Source: a virus (taxonomy: Duplodnaviria; Caudoviricetes). From it: DNA of 55,112 nt. The stretch is taken from IMG/VR virus record IMGVR_UViG_3300044940_000164, positions 1 through 55,112 of that record; one strand, given 5' to 3'. Under the pieces are notes generated by a model. It ran no database searches. It saw only the letters and a list, made by a program, of their open reading frames with translations, and was not told the DNA's origin. Position 1 is the stretch's first letter. Each line of letters starts with the position of its first letter. Made by a program: the position numbers and the translations under genes. Shown here piece by piece: positions 46,539-55,112 of this stretch.

Positions 46539-48593
46539 TCAATCCTTTATGAAACACCAGGTTGTGTGGCCTTCTGCTGCTAAAGGCAACCCAGTCGCCC
46601 ATGCAGGAACCGTCTCCATACACTCTATCAGAGTAGCTAAATGCTCTTCTGCTTGATTTTCCGGCACCAGACAGGTGATCTGATCGTGCACATGCATGAA
46701 TACATCCAGTCCAGCTTTTTCCGCCAGAAGTAAGCCGTTAGCCAAAATATCGCGGGCGATCGCTTGCACCGCGTTCTCTACCAACTTGCCGTAGTATGTG
46801 TCTGTGGTTTGCATCCCTCCTCCTAAGCCCGGCTGTTGATAGGTAATAGATTCCCGCATCTCCCCCCAAGGAGTTCGTCTCTGGGCCAGGCGAGGGCGGC
46901 AGTACGAGATGGCCCGTCCCGATGGCAGATACATGCGAAGGAAGGGTCCTTCCATTTTGAAAACAAGCATCCCTGCGTGCGTCTCCTTTCCTGTGCGCAC
47001 GCAAGTCTTTGCAGCACGTTCTATCACTTTCCAGAAATCGGTAACACCGCTATAGACTGTGCGAAATACTTCTATTGAGTGAGCAGACTCTTCTGGTGTC
47101 ATGTTGATGCCCATATTTCGAGCGTAACCCAATAGCCCGGTCGCTTCTATCTCCCCTGTTCTGGGGTTCTCTTTGATTTCTCCGACACCCAGCGCATATC
47201 CAGCGCCGAGTACGGCCGGTTTTGCGATAGTGCGCTTTTGTTTCTTGCCTTCTTTGTATTCTGCGTAAAGAATCTCGTAATCTTGTCCGAACAAATATTG
47301 AGCGAAATCCAGATATGGATCGCGTCCTTTCTCAAATACTGAGAGAATTTTCTCGTCCTCGCACACCCAGCCAAGTACCCGATTCTCGATCGCCGATAAA
47401 TCTGCGTCAGCCAAAAGAAAACCTTGCGGTGCCTGAACCACGGTTCTAACCGATGCTCCCAAGTACATCAAGGGATTGCCGTATTTTTCTCGCACCTGGG
47501 GAAGATCTAAGACGGCAAGATCCTTAGCCATCTCGTGCTGACGCTTCTCCAGATGAGGAGGCGCCCTCATCAAATTTTGCGGCTGAAAACCTCTCCCGCC
47601 CCACCGGGAAGTCCTAGACGCACCCGCGTATTGGAAGCAACCCTTTAAGGTATCGTCTTCGCATAGTCTTTGCGCAACTGCGTAATACTTCTTTACCGCC
47701 GCGCCAGAAAGCTCACTACGACAAACTAAAGCCTCGTAATATGGGTCTGTGTCGTCAATACCCACTAATTTAGAAACTCTTTCAAGCTCTTGATCTATGT
47801 GCCCTTTTTTCAAGTCCTCGTATGGGTAGCCGTGAGCGCGTAGCCACGGAAGGAGTTGTTGCGTGCTATTCGGGTTATCGAGACCTGTCACTTCTTTGAA
47901 ATACGGAGTCGCCTCCTTCTGGTGCGCGTCAGCTATTTTTATAGCGTTCATAATGGCAGCGCGATTGAATGGTATCCCCCGGTTGTTGATCTTCTGATCC
48001 AGAACCCAGATAGCCTGTTCTTCGTCGCTTAAGTCCCATTTCTTAATACGAGATAGGATGGCCACTTCGGCAACAATATCTTGCCTGTTATAAAATTTGA
48101 AATCCTCCCAATCTTGGTGATCGGTAAACTTGTTCGCCCTAGTATGCGGCTTAGTCTTTGTGGGTTTACGAGGCATACAGAATTTTCGAATCAACAGCTT
48201 GCCGCGGCCATCTTTCTTTTTGTCCTGAGCTAAAGCTACTGCTTCTCCTAATTTCTCCAATTTCCCTGGCAACGCAAGGGAAAGGCCTAGCGCCATAGTA
48301 CACCGCCACTGGGCAGGGTCTACGGGTAATTTTAACGTGTACGCACATATAGCAAGTTCGAACGCGGCGTTGTGGGCGCGTTTTAAGACAGTAGGATCCA
48401 AAAGTAGAGCTCTAAGCCTGTCAGGCATTTGCTGGCCCTCTGCCGGTACCCATTGTTGTATGTCGCCGTTATCTTCACACCATGCGCACATCAATACTTC
48501 GGTGCTCGGATGCATAGCGTACCGATGGGACCCAACTTTCGTCAGGTCCACCTCGGAAAACGTCTCAAAATCGATGTTGGCGACTTTTACCAT
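46539..48593 (-). CDS. Family A DNA polymerase with 3'-5' exonuclease
   Basis: DFET, HNAAFE, YNRQD exonuclease motifs; DLSAIE, RxxAKxxxLGxxY, HVHD polymerase motifs. Confidence 0.95.
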   Translation of the reverse strand: MVKVANIDFETFSEVDLTKVGSHRYAMHPSTEVLMCAWCEDNGDIQQWVPAEGQQMPDRLRALLLDPTVLKRAHNAAFELAICAYTLKLPVDPAQWRCTMALGLSLALPGKLEKLGEAVALAQDKKKDGRGKLLIRKFCMPRKPTKTKPHTRANKFTDHQDWEDFKFYNRQDIVAEVAILSRIKKWDLSDEEQAIWVLDQKINNRGIPFNRAAIMNAIKIADAHQKEATPYFKEVTGLDNPNSTQQLLPWLRAHGYPYEDLKKGHIDQELERVSKLVGIDDTDPYYEALVCRSELSGAAVKKYYAVAQRLCEDDTLKGCFQYAGASRTSRWGGRGFQPQNLMRAPPHLEKRQHEMAKDLAVLDLPQVREKYGNPLMYLGASVRTVVQAPQGFLLADADLSAIENRVLGWVCEDEKILSVFEKGRDPYLDFAQYLFGQDYEILYAEYKEGKKQKRTIAKPAVLGAGYALGVGEIKENPRTGEIEATGLLGYARNMGINMTPEESAHSIEVFRTVYSGVTDFWKVIERAAKTCVRTGKETHAGMLVFKMEGPFLRMYLPSGRAISYCRPRLAQRRTPWGEMRESITYQQPGLGGGMQTTDTYYGKLVENAVQAIARDILANGLLLAEKAGLDVFMHVHDQITCLVPENQAEEHLATLIECMETVPAWATGLPLAAEGHTTWCFIKD

Positions 48594-49171
48594 TAAAACT
48601 CCGATTCTTCCTCTTCCGCATCCTCGAAGTCGTCGAACTCGGAGTCGGAGACTGCTGAAGCACCAAACGCCTCGCCCTTCGCTGCGTACATAACGCCTTC
48701 CAGCGACGCGAAAACGCCCTTAATTTTCTTCTCGCTGTTATCCACAGCGTAGAGCCGAATTATGGCATTCACATAGCACCCACCGTAGAGCGTGCCGTCG
48801 TCTTCATGCAAGGTGTTCTTTTGGCCGTCTTTCAAAACCGGGCGACGGTCGTTTTTGGCCGTCACGTAAAACTTTCCGGCGTACTCTGGACCGCGATCTT
48901 CTCCCTGCTTTGTGGTCTCGTCTCCATCCCTAATCGGATAGCTATCGCCCTTGAAGTTTGGAACCTTACCGTTGAATGCCGCTTTACAAACTTCTTCGTA
49001 GGCCTTCTCTATTGCTTTTTTGTTCTTTTCATCTGTCTTATCGAAAATGAAAGACGCCATGTATTTTTTCTTGCTTGGATCGTCGATACCCGGTTTCGGC
49101 TTAAATAACGCTGGGTAGCTCAAGCGCACTTTGGTTAATTTTACTTTACCTATTTCGGTTGTATCAGTCAT
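48593..49171 (-). CDS. ssDNA-binding protein (DUF2815 / gp2.5-like)
   Basis: VRLSYP.LF, RDGD, YGGCYVNA, GEAFG, acidic tail ending in F. Confidence 0.92.
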   Translation of the reverse strand: MTDTTEIGKVKLTKVRLSYPALFKPKPGIDDPSKKKYMASFIFDKTDEKNKKAIEKAYEEVCKAAFNGKVPNFKGDSYPIRDGDETTKQGEDRGPEYAGKFYVTAKNDRRPVLKDGQKNTLHEDDGTLYGGCYVNAIIRLYAVDNSEKKIKGVFASLEGVMYAAKGEAFGASAVSDSEFDDFEDAEEEESEF

Positions 49172-49182
49172 GTTACTACTCC

Positions 49183-50325
49183 TTAAAAATCGTTAAACAT
49201 ATCAGAGACAGGCGCTACTCTGGTCCCCTTCCCAAAGCGAGGAATCACCTTTTTCGGGGGATTTCCTCTCTTAGAATTTTCGGCCACAAGACGTACTTTG
49301 TCTGGGTTCTTAGACCCTAGAAGATCAAGAACCTGTGCCGGTGTTTTTAGAGTGGAGTTATACAGCTCATTTTCGCGAAGCGTGGTGTGTTCAGTGAAAT
49401 ATGAGACGATCTCCCCCTCGTCTTTAGTCCATTCCGCTGCCGGTTTTTTACCAACAACTAAATCGATCTCCTCAAAGCTTACACCAGATTCTAATCGGTG
49501 TAAAGCTTCTTCTTCGGCGTTTTTCAAAAAATCAGTAATTAATTTTTTGTTCACCAATGTTTTTTCTAAATCTTCATTACTTAGGTTTTTGTATTTGCCA
49601 AAATTCTCTACCATAAAATCAATCAGCTCCATTACGTGATCCCGGTAGTCCGGGCAAATGAACTTAGCTGGGCAAAACATGCATTGCTCGGCCCCGGCTT
49701 TTATCTCTTCGGATCCGTAGACTTTTTCGGCTTTTCCTTCCAATTCCGAAAAAAAATCCAGATCTTCGTAGGTTTCTTCTTCGACATTGTGGTCGATTTT
49801 CGGTTGGCAAATGGCCAAGGTTACTTTCTCGACGTCCAACCCTTCCTGCTTTAGCCTGTTCAAGTGACCCACCGCGTACAAACCCAACTGGGTATTGTCC
49901 TTAGCCCGAACACCATAATATCCGAATTTCCAGTCAAAGACCACTAAGTGCTTCGTGCTGTAGCGATAGATGACGATATCGGGTGAGCCGAATTGATCTA
50001 GGAACGTATTGATTTTTTCTTCGTAACGAATTTCAGAATCGTCCTTAAGATCTTCTAGCCAACTGAGTCCTATATCCAGCCAAAGCGCGTTCTCATACGA
50101 AAAAACATGCGTTTTACTAGCTAGAGGTGCTTCCTCTCCTACAAGGGAAAAAGGGTCCAATCCGTATCGAGCACAAATTTCTGCTTTACTGTGAAGATAA
50201 GATCCCTCCGTAGATTCGTCACTATCTTCGTTCTCTATTTTTTCGCTTAACCCGATACTTCCTGGACACTTCAGCCACCTCTCCGAGGAAGAGGGGGCGT
50301 ACTTAGCGTGCTCAGAATTCGTCAT
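49183..50325 (-). CDS. DUF2800 Cas4-like PD-(D/E)XK exonuclease
   Basis: HA...PSSS.RW..CPGS, GSPD, DWKFG, QL.LYA, C.FCPAK..C. Confidence 0.9.
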   Translation of the reverse strand: MTNSEHAKYAPSSSERWLKCPGSIGLSEKIENEDSDESTEGSYLHSKAEICARYGLDPFSLVGEEAPLASKTHVFSYENALWLDIGLSWLEDLKDDSEIRYEEKINTFLDQFGSPDIVIYRYSTKHLVVFDWKFGYYGVRAKDNTQLGLYAVGHLNRLKQEGLDVEKVTLAICQPKIDHNVEEETYEDLDFFSELEGKAEKVYGSEEIKAGAEQCMFCPAKFICPDYRDHVMELIDFMVENFGKYKNLSNEDLEKTLVNKKLITDFLKNAEEEALHRLESGVSFEEIDLVVGKKPAAEWTKDEGEIVSYFTEHTTLRENELYNSTLKTPAQVLDLLGSKNPDKVRLVAENSKRGNPPKKVIPRFGKGTRVAPVSDMFNDF

Positions 50326-51082
50326 TCGAGTCCTCTTGTTGATCGATCATAAAGTCGACAAATTCTCTATATCCTCCAGGTAAGATCTCCTTGGCTTTGG
50401 CAACACCAAAACGCTCTTTTGCCTTCAATAACGCTTCGCGCTTCTTGGGATCTTGAGATTTGGCGAATGATTCAACGGATGCGATAAACTCAGATTCCGT
50501 CATATCTTCCTTAGATTCTGACTTCTCGGGAGCCGCTACTTCCATTTCCGCGATCCCCTGACGTAGGTCTTCTAACTCCGAAAGGAATTCTACCGACTCA
50601 GGTTTACCAAAGATGTCGTCCGCGGTGGTCATGCCAAATTTATCGAATAGTGCGTCCATTTGCTTGGTCGCTTCAATGTTTTGCTCTTTGGTGAGGTTTA
50701 CAAACACCGAAGAAACCGATCTAGCGATCTCGGATTTTGTAGGTAGCTTATCTGCTTTCTTGGTCGCCGCTTTTTTAGCTGCTGGGGCCTTTTCTTCAGC
50801 CAGCTCTTCTGGGATAGCCTCTTCTTGCTTCGGTTCAGTCGGGTATTTAGTGCTATCTTTAATGAGGTACGCCTTATCTTCTTCCTTCACCGAAACATGT
50901 CCTGACACAACACCCGCAGTGCTGTTGTTCGCGGCGATCGTTTCGACCAGAACTAAGATAGCCTTATTGCGTGCTTCGTATCCTCGAGCAAAGGCGGTAA
51001 AGCCCTCACTGAAGGCTAAAAGAGCTTCACGCTCTGCTGAAGCTTCGGCCACAATTTTATTTAATAAATCTTCGTGTTTCAT
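50312..51082 (-). CDS. Acidic hypothetical replication-module protein
   Basis: 256 aa, GAGGAGG RBS, position upstream of DUF2800. Confidence 0.75.
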   Translation of the reverse strand: MKHEDLLNKIVAEASAEREALLAFSEGFTAFARGYEARNKAILVLVETIAANNSTAGVVSGHVSVKEEDKAYLIKDSTKYPTEPKQEEAIPEELAEEKAPAAKKAATKKADKLPTKSEIARSVSSVFVNLTKEQNIEATKQMDALFDKFGMTTADDIFGKPESVEFLSELEDLRQGIAEMEVAAPEKSESKEDMTESEFIASVESFAKSQDPKKREALLKAKERFGVAKAKEILPGGYREFVDFMIDQQEDSNDEF

Positions 51083-51112
51083 ATTGTCTTCCTCCTCGAC
51101 AGTTAGTTTTTC

Positions 51113-51141
51113 AATCTATCACGACAAAATGACTTTGTCAA
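51113..51141 (-). promoter_or_regulatory. Sigma70 promoter with an overlapping inverted repeat
   Basis: TTGACA-N17-TAGATT with extended TG; GACAAA-N5-TTTGTC dyad at 51123-51139. Confidence 0.75.
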
Positions 51142-51151
51142 TAGGGCCAGC

Positions 51152-53767
51152 TCATTTATTTCTATTTATGAACTGTATAACGCCTTTTTTGTTAATGTGG
51201 ACATCCTGCTTAGGGCGTCCGCGGGTACGAGTCACCTTGATCTCGAGCATCCCCTGATCCTGGCAATATTCCAAAACTTCGTCCGCTTTGCGCTTAGGAA
51301 ATCTTCTCAAGATAGTCTCTCTGCGGAGGTCACGCACGTTAATCACCGCATCCTGAATTTTATTCAAGTATAAGGCCACCGCTATAGCTTCCTCTTGGAT
51401 TACGCTGGTCTCGGCGTCTGCAAAAACGCGACGCTGCATGGGCATCAAATACTCTTCTCGAAACTGGATTGCCGCGTTCAAAGCCTCAGCACTCAACTCC
51501 TGCGGTGGTGGACCGTCGCCGAAAATGTCTATAGCCCACCACAAATGCTGCAAGATGTTCGCTACCCTCAGGATGTGTCCTGACGCTTTTCCGTAGGCGC
51601 CATGCAGCGGGCTTATCTCCTCTGCCGCTTCTTCTGCTGCCCGGTTTCGACGGGAGAGTTCTCTCGAATACGGGACGAATATCTGACGTGCGGCAGCGGA
51701 AAGCGGCATGGCGATCGGATCGCCGTTTTCGTCGCAGCATAGAGAACTGAGTCGCTCGAAAGCCATTTCCGTCAATCGCGAGTCCTGTATCTCACTTTCG
51801 TCGGCAGGATCGCAGTCCACATTCTCCGGCCATATCGGAATAATACGTGCGGCCAAACCGTCATTGCATGAGCGTGTAATTTCCTTCAAACGGTCAGGCT
51901 GGATACATCCCAATAAGCCGATAGAGAGATGCCGAACCCGAAGGCCTTTCCCTTCGTCCTTCACGCGGTCCGCCAAGTAGCTGCGGCCACCATAAGCTTC
52001 AATCCACATGCTGCGATCGCCACCGGATTTATTCTGGTAGCGGTCCATGCCACTGTACCAACCAGCAATTTCGTCTCGCACGTTCAGAAGACCGCGAGGG
52101 TTATCCAATGATAGTCGAGTGAGAGCTTCGCTGGTCGCGTCCATGACGATGGTGCGGCGAACTGTCGGCTTAGGCGGGATCATCGCTTCTTTCGGTAAAT
52201 TTGCAACATCACCCGTGAAATTCTTCTTGATGATCTTGGCTTTCTCCTTTGCTTCTTCCCATGCGCTATTTTGCTTGACCCAGTCATTATACCAGACTTT
52301 TTCTATTTTTTCCAAAGGCTCGAGCACATTGAAGAGCGACGGCGATTTGCGGGCAGACGGGTTCCCGATCAGCATCATCCACAAGATCGGCGGCTCTTTC
52401 CATTTTTTCTGAGGGCTAACTCGGCGGGCGTTCGCGATCAGAGATCCAGCGATCGCCAGTAACGATCCTGCGCTGTAATCAATCGGTGCGCCGCTGCCTT
52501 TTTGGAAATTCTCTAATTCGCTTTTCCAGAGCGGACCGAAAATGTCAATAGGGAAACTCGGCATCTTGACAGGAGTCGGTGCCGAGACTTCGACCTCCGC
52601 CGTTTCTTCTTCGGCATTTTCCTCGACTGTGTGTTCTTCCTCGGAGTCGTCCGCGTTATCGAAATCCGAAAAGTCCTCCGAGATTGCTTCAAAATTCGCC
52701 AACTCCAATTCCGCCGCCACCTCCGGGTCTTCGCGACACAGCAGTTTCATTTCGGCAAAAGATGGGAGATCCGGAAGATGATCGCTCAAGATTCCCGCGT
52801 CCAGTTCCCCAAAAAGATGAATGCGCACGAGATCAAAGGCGTTGACACATTTCCCGGCGCATGGATCGGTATGGTGATGACTGTAGAGGTACTGATCGTT
52901 GTCGTACACACATGCACCATCTGTCGATGTGCCCTTAAGATACGTCAGACGAGTGCCGCCACCGTCATAGGAACTCACAGCATAACAATCTGGAAGATAG
53001 CGCTCGATCGCTTCAAGCACGTCATAGGTACGACAAAATGCGCCGATCAGCCCGCTCTTTTGGGTCGGGTCTCCGAGCTTAACTCGGGACATCCCTGGGT
53101 GAACCGGGCCTTGTTGGTGCTTCTGGCTTACAGGGAGATTTTCTCCCTTTCTCCAATCGCCAACGTGAAAACTCAGATGTCTTTTTCCCGAAATGACCGA
53201 ACCCACGTTCTCCTGGTACACGAACTCACCGTTGCTGCACACGGTTGGTAGGTACATCATCTGAGCTACACGGAAACAGCATGGGTCTACTATGTCGATG
53301 GATTCCGTGGGGTCGGGAAGCAATTTCGCGGCGATGATCCGGGCGACCGCCTCGTATTCTTCAGCAGTTACCGATTCCCGCAACGGCACGATGATTCGCA
53401 CCCTGGGTTTCTGAGGAGTGTGCTTTCTCGTGGAGTGCATGACCCAGTCATATTCGGCGATCGGCCCATAGCCCCGTCTGATTCTTTTGAGCTGCTCCGG
53501 GGTGCATGTGTCGACGTCCAAGGCTACCACGCTGCGCTGATCGATCGAAGAACTCCTGCGGCGACCGTCGATAGACGTTCCGCCAAGAAAGAACCCCGAC
53601 TTCTTCTTCATCTCCGCCTGTTGGTCAGCAGGAAAGGCCAGAAACTCTTCGATAGTTTCTGGACTGACTGTCGGATTTTTTAGATATTCTTTCAATTTAT
53701 CGTAAGAGATCGTTCGGTTTCTGACCCGACCAAGATGCGATATATTGAACGCTAATTTGAGATCCAT
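51152..53767 (-). CDS. Primase fused to a DUF3987/YfjI-like NTPase domain
   Basis: N-terminal LDVD, HSTxKHT...PRxR, GAFCR, NAFDLVR; C-terminal GNPSARKS, T.EAL, RDE..GW, G.IQP, DGLxAR. Confidence 0.85.
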   Translation of the reverse strand: MDLKLAFNISHLGRVRNRTISYDKLKEYLKNPTVSPETIEEFLAFPADQQAEMKKKSGFFLGGTSIDGRRRSSSIDQRSVVALDVDTCTPEQLKRIRRGYGPIAEYDWVMHSTRKHTPQKPRVRIIVPLRESVTAEEYEAVARIIAAKLLPDPTESIDIVDPCCFRVAQMMYLPTVCSNGEFVYQENVGSVISGKRHLSFHVGDWRKGENLPVSQKHQQGPVHPGMSRVKLGDPTQKSGLIGAFCRTYDVLEAIERYLPDCYAVSSYDGGGTRLTYLKGTSTDGACVYDNDQYLYSHHHTDPCAGKCVNAFDLVRIHLFGELDAGILSDHLPDLPSFAEMKLLCREDPEVAAELELANFEAISEDFSDFDNADDSEEEHTVEENAEEETAEVEVSAPTPVKMPSFPIDIFGPLWKSELENFQKGSGAPIDYSAGSLLAIAGSLIANARRVSPQKKWKEPPILWMMLIGNPSARKSPSLFNVLEPLEKIEKVWYNDWVKQNSAWEEAKEKAKIIKKNFTGDVANLPKEAMIPPKPTVRRTIVMDATSEALTRLSLDNPRGLLNVRDEIAGWYSGMDRYQNKSGGDRSMWIEAYGGRSYLADRVKDEGKGLRVRHLSIGLLGCIQPDRLKEITRSCNDGLAARIIPIWPENVDCDPADESEIQDSRLTEMAFERLSSLCCDENGDPIAMPLSAAARQIFVPYSRELSRRNRAAEEAAEEISPLHGAYGKASGHILRVANILQHLWWAIDIFGDGPPPQELSAEALNAAIQFREEYLMPMQRRVFADAETSVIQEEAIAVALYLNKIQDAVINVRDLRRETILRRFPKRKADEVLEYCQDQGMLEIKVTRTRGRPKQDVHINKKGVIQFINRNK

Positions 53768-53778
53768 GCACCCTCGCC

Positions 53779-54015
53779 TTATCTAGCGTAAAAGGGCATT
53801 AAGGTTTCTCTGGTCAACCGGGAACCCGGCAGATCGATGATCGCATCGACTTTCGCTGCGGGTAATCTACCTCTCCTTAACCAATTATGGAATGTGTGTG
53901 GCGATATCTCAAGATCCGCGCTGATTTTAGCTACATCGATATTCCATTTTGATTTCAAGCATCGGTGCTTTGGTAAATGGAAAAACAGTATGTTCGATAA
54001 GTCCTCATTGCTCAT
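53779..54015 (-). CDS. Cro-like HTH DNA-binding protein
   Basis: VAKISADLEISPHTFHNWLRRGRLP; position beside the primase. Confidence 0.8.
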   Translation of the reverse strand: MSNEDLSNILFFHLPKHRCLKSKWNIDVAKISADLEISPHTFHNWLRRGRLPAAKVDAIIDLPGSRLTRETLMPFYAR

Positions 54016-54035
54016 AAATCCCCTTCCCTCCAGAT

Positions 54036-54064
54036 AGTATTATCACTTTTCGAAAAAATGTCAA
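54036..54064 (-). promoter_or_regulatory. Sigma70 promoter for the HTH/primase operon
   Basis: TTGACA-N17-AATACT. Confidence 0.55.
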
Positions 54065-54159
54065 ACATTATATCGCAAGCTTAGGTGATGGCCGATACTG
54101 GCAGCTCTACGAAATGAGGGGGAAGGAAGAAGGTGCCCGCGTAATCGACCATCCTCTTA

Positions 54160-54188
54160 AACCTAAAGGATCTTAAGGGTTCTGTCAA
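54160..54188 (-). promoter_or_regulatory. Second upstream sigma70 promoter
   Basis: TTGACA-N17-TAGGTT. Confidence 0.55.
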
Positions 54189-54239
54189 CTATAAAATACA
54201 GGACCCACCGGGTGATCTGGAACTTCGTCCCGCATCGGC

Positions 54240-54361
54240 CGAGAAAATAAAATTTTCGACGCACAAAATTTCTTTGTTACTGATCTGTTACTCGAAGGGT
54301 CGAGAAAATAAAATTTTCGACGCACAAAATTTCTTTGTTACTGATCTGTTACTCGAAGGGT
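54240..54361. repeat. Exact 61-bp tandem duplication
   Basis: 54240-54300 equals 54301-54361. Confidence 0.95.
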
Positions 54362-54377
54362 CGAATTTTACCCTCGA

Positions 54378-54710
54378 CTTTTGGCACAACTTTTGTCACC
54401 ACTTTTGTCACAAAATTTCGTCTTTCAGACATCAAGCAAACTGCGGGGTTGAGACCTTTTGTCACTTTTGTCACTTTTGTCACAGCTATAAATAAAAAAA
54501 AATCTGACTCACCAAGAAAAAACGTCTATAGAGATTCTACTATAAGTAGTAGTATTAAAAAACGGGTCTATAGTCCGCTTGGAAGACATTTTTCTATACC
54601 CCTGTGACAAAAGTGACAAAAGTGACAAAAGGTCTCAACCCCAGCAAAACTGCGGTGTTCGGAAATCGAATTTTTGTGACAAAAGTGTGACAAAAGTGGT
54701 GACAAAAGTC
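54378..54710. repeat. Inverted iteron arrays around an AT-rich core; putative replication origin
   Basis: Five TTTTGTCAC on the left, six GTGACAAAA on the right; perfect 41-bp inverted repeat 54445-54485 / 54602-54642. Confidence 0.8.
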
Positions 54711-54753
54711 CATTTTCTGAAAATCAGACCAAAATCACAATATTTCGTAATCA

Positions 54754-54834
54754 GTAACATTTTGTTACAACCACAATTTTGCAACTTAAGCTAGAAAATT
54801 TTCGCGTATTTTTGCGTGTGTAACATTTTGTTAC
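54754..54834. promoter_or_regulatory. Two copies of the dyad GTAACA-TTT-TGTTAC
   Basis: Identical 15-mers at 54754-54768 and 54820-54834. Confidence 0.6.
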
Positions 54835-55099
54835 TGAGCCTCTTATTTACTGACTATTCTGTAACAAAACCCGGTAAGCTATCTTCTCCGACCAAATCCT
54901 CAGTGTTACTTGAAGCCTGATCTCCTGCGGCGATCTTCGCGCTACAAATTTCCGCGATTACTCCGTGTCTGAGATCCTGGGATCGTTTCATGGGGGGGGG
55001 CCTTAAGCGACCCAGAAAGTGCGTGTACGCCGCAGATTCCCTGGACTACTATTTTCGACAGAGGCTCATAGCGGAGCCAAAAAATTTTCTTACGCTGCG

Positions 55100-55112
55100 G
55101 ATCTGCGACCCC
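55100..55112 (-). other. Possible cos (cohesive end) sequence
   Basis: Minus strand starts (G)GGGTCGCAGATC; lambda-type terminase; Chi-like genomes begin upstream of the primase. Confidence 0.4.

Noticed and set aside
17007-54015. Many plus-strand ORFs in the track (e.g. 42869..43528, 50613..51257, 52631..53251)
   Set aside because: Antisense shadows of well-supported minus-strand genes, with no motifs or RBS.
54240-54710. CRISPR array, given the repeats and a Cas4-like gene
   Set aside because: Repeats are 9-bp iterons and one 61-bp tandem copy with no unique spacers; DUF2800 is a standard replication-module nuclease and no cas operon is present.
54274-54794. Track ORFs 54274..54495, 54335..54607 and 54579..54794
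   Set aside because: Low-complexity translations of the iterons and the 61-bp repeat; no convincing RBS.
1-55112. tRNA genes, integrase, or CI-type lysogeny module
   Set aside because: No cloverleaf/T-loop signature, recombinase motif or peptidase-bearing repressor recognised by eye; tRNAscan-SE and HMM searches would be needed to exclude them formally.

Overview
Most of the genome of a lytic-looking siphovirus with the gene order of Chi/Nazgul-like phages (Casjensviridae-like). The host is probably an alphaproteobacterium (GapR/DUF2312 gene, CtrA-type box, alphaproteobacterial-looking dUTPase). The left ~15.7 kb is mostly + strand. It starts inside an ArdC-type antirestriction gene and continues with many small early genes, an ATP-dependent DNA ligase, dUTPase, an HTH-metallophosphoesterase, a dATP/dGTP diphosphohydrolase and GapR. 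The rest (15.7-54.0 kb, - strand) reads, from the right: Cro-like HTH, primase-helicase, DUF2800 nuclease, SSB, PolA, VRR-NUC, SNF2 helicase, lambda-like packaging and head genes, tail genes, collagen tail fibre, beta-propeller protein and lysis cassette. The right ~1 kb is non-coding, with inverted iteron arrays (probable origin) and a possible cos end. No integrase, tRNA or CRISPR array was seen. Most notable observations: early promoters that look wired to host regulators (four phased Pho-box half-sites; a CtrA box); early genes flanked by perfect stop/RBS/start direct repeats; two genes broken by one base in poly-A tracts; and a nucleotidyltransferase-like gene inside the tail operon whose -35 element is the loop of a terminator. 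All family assignments come from motif recognition by eye, not database searches.
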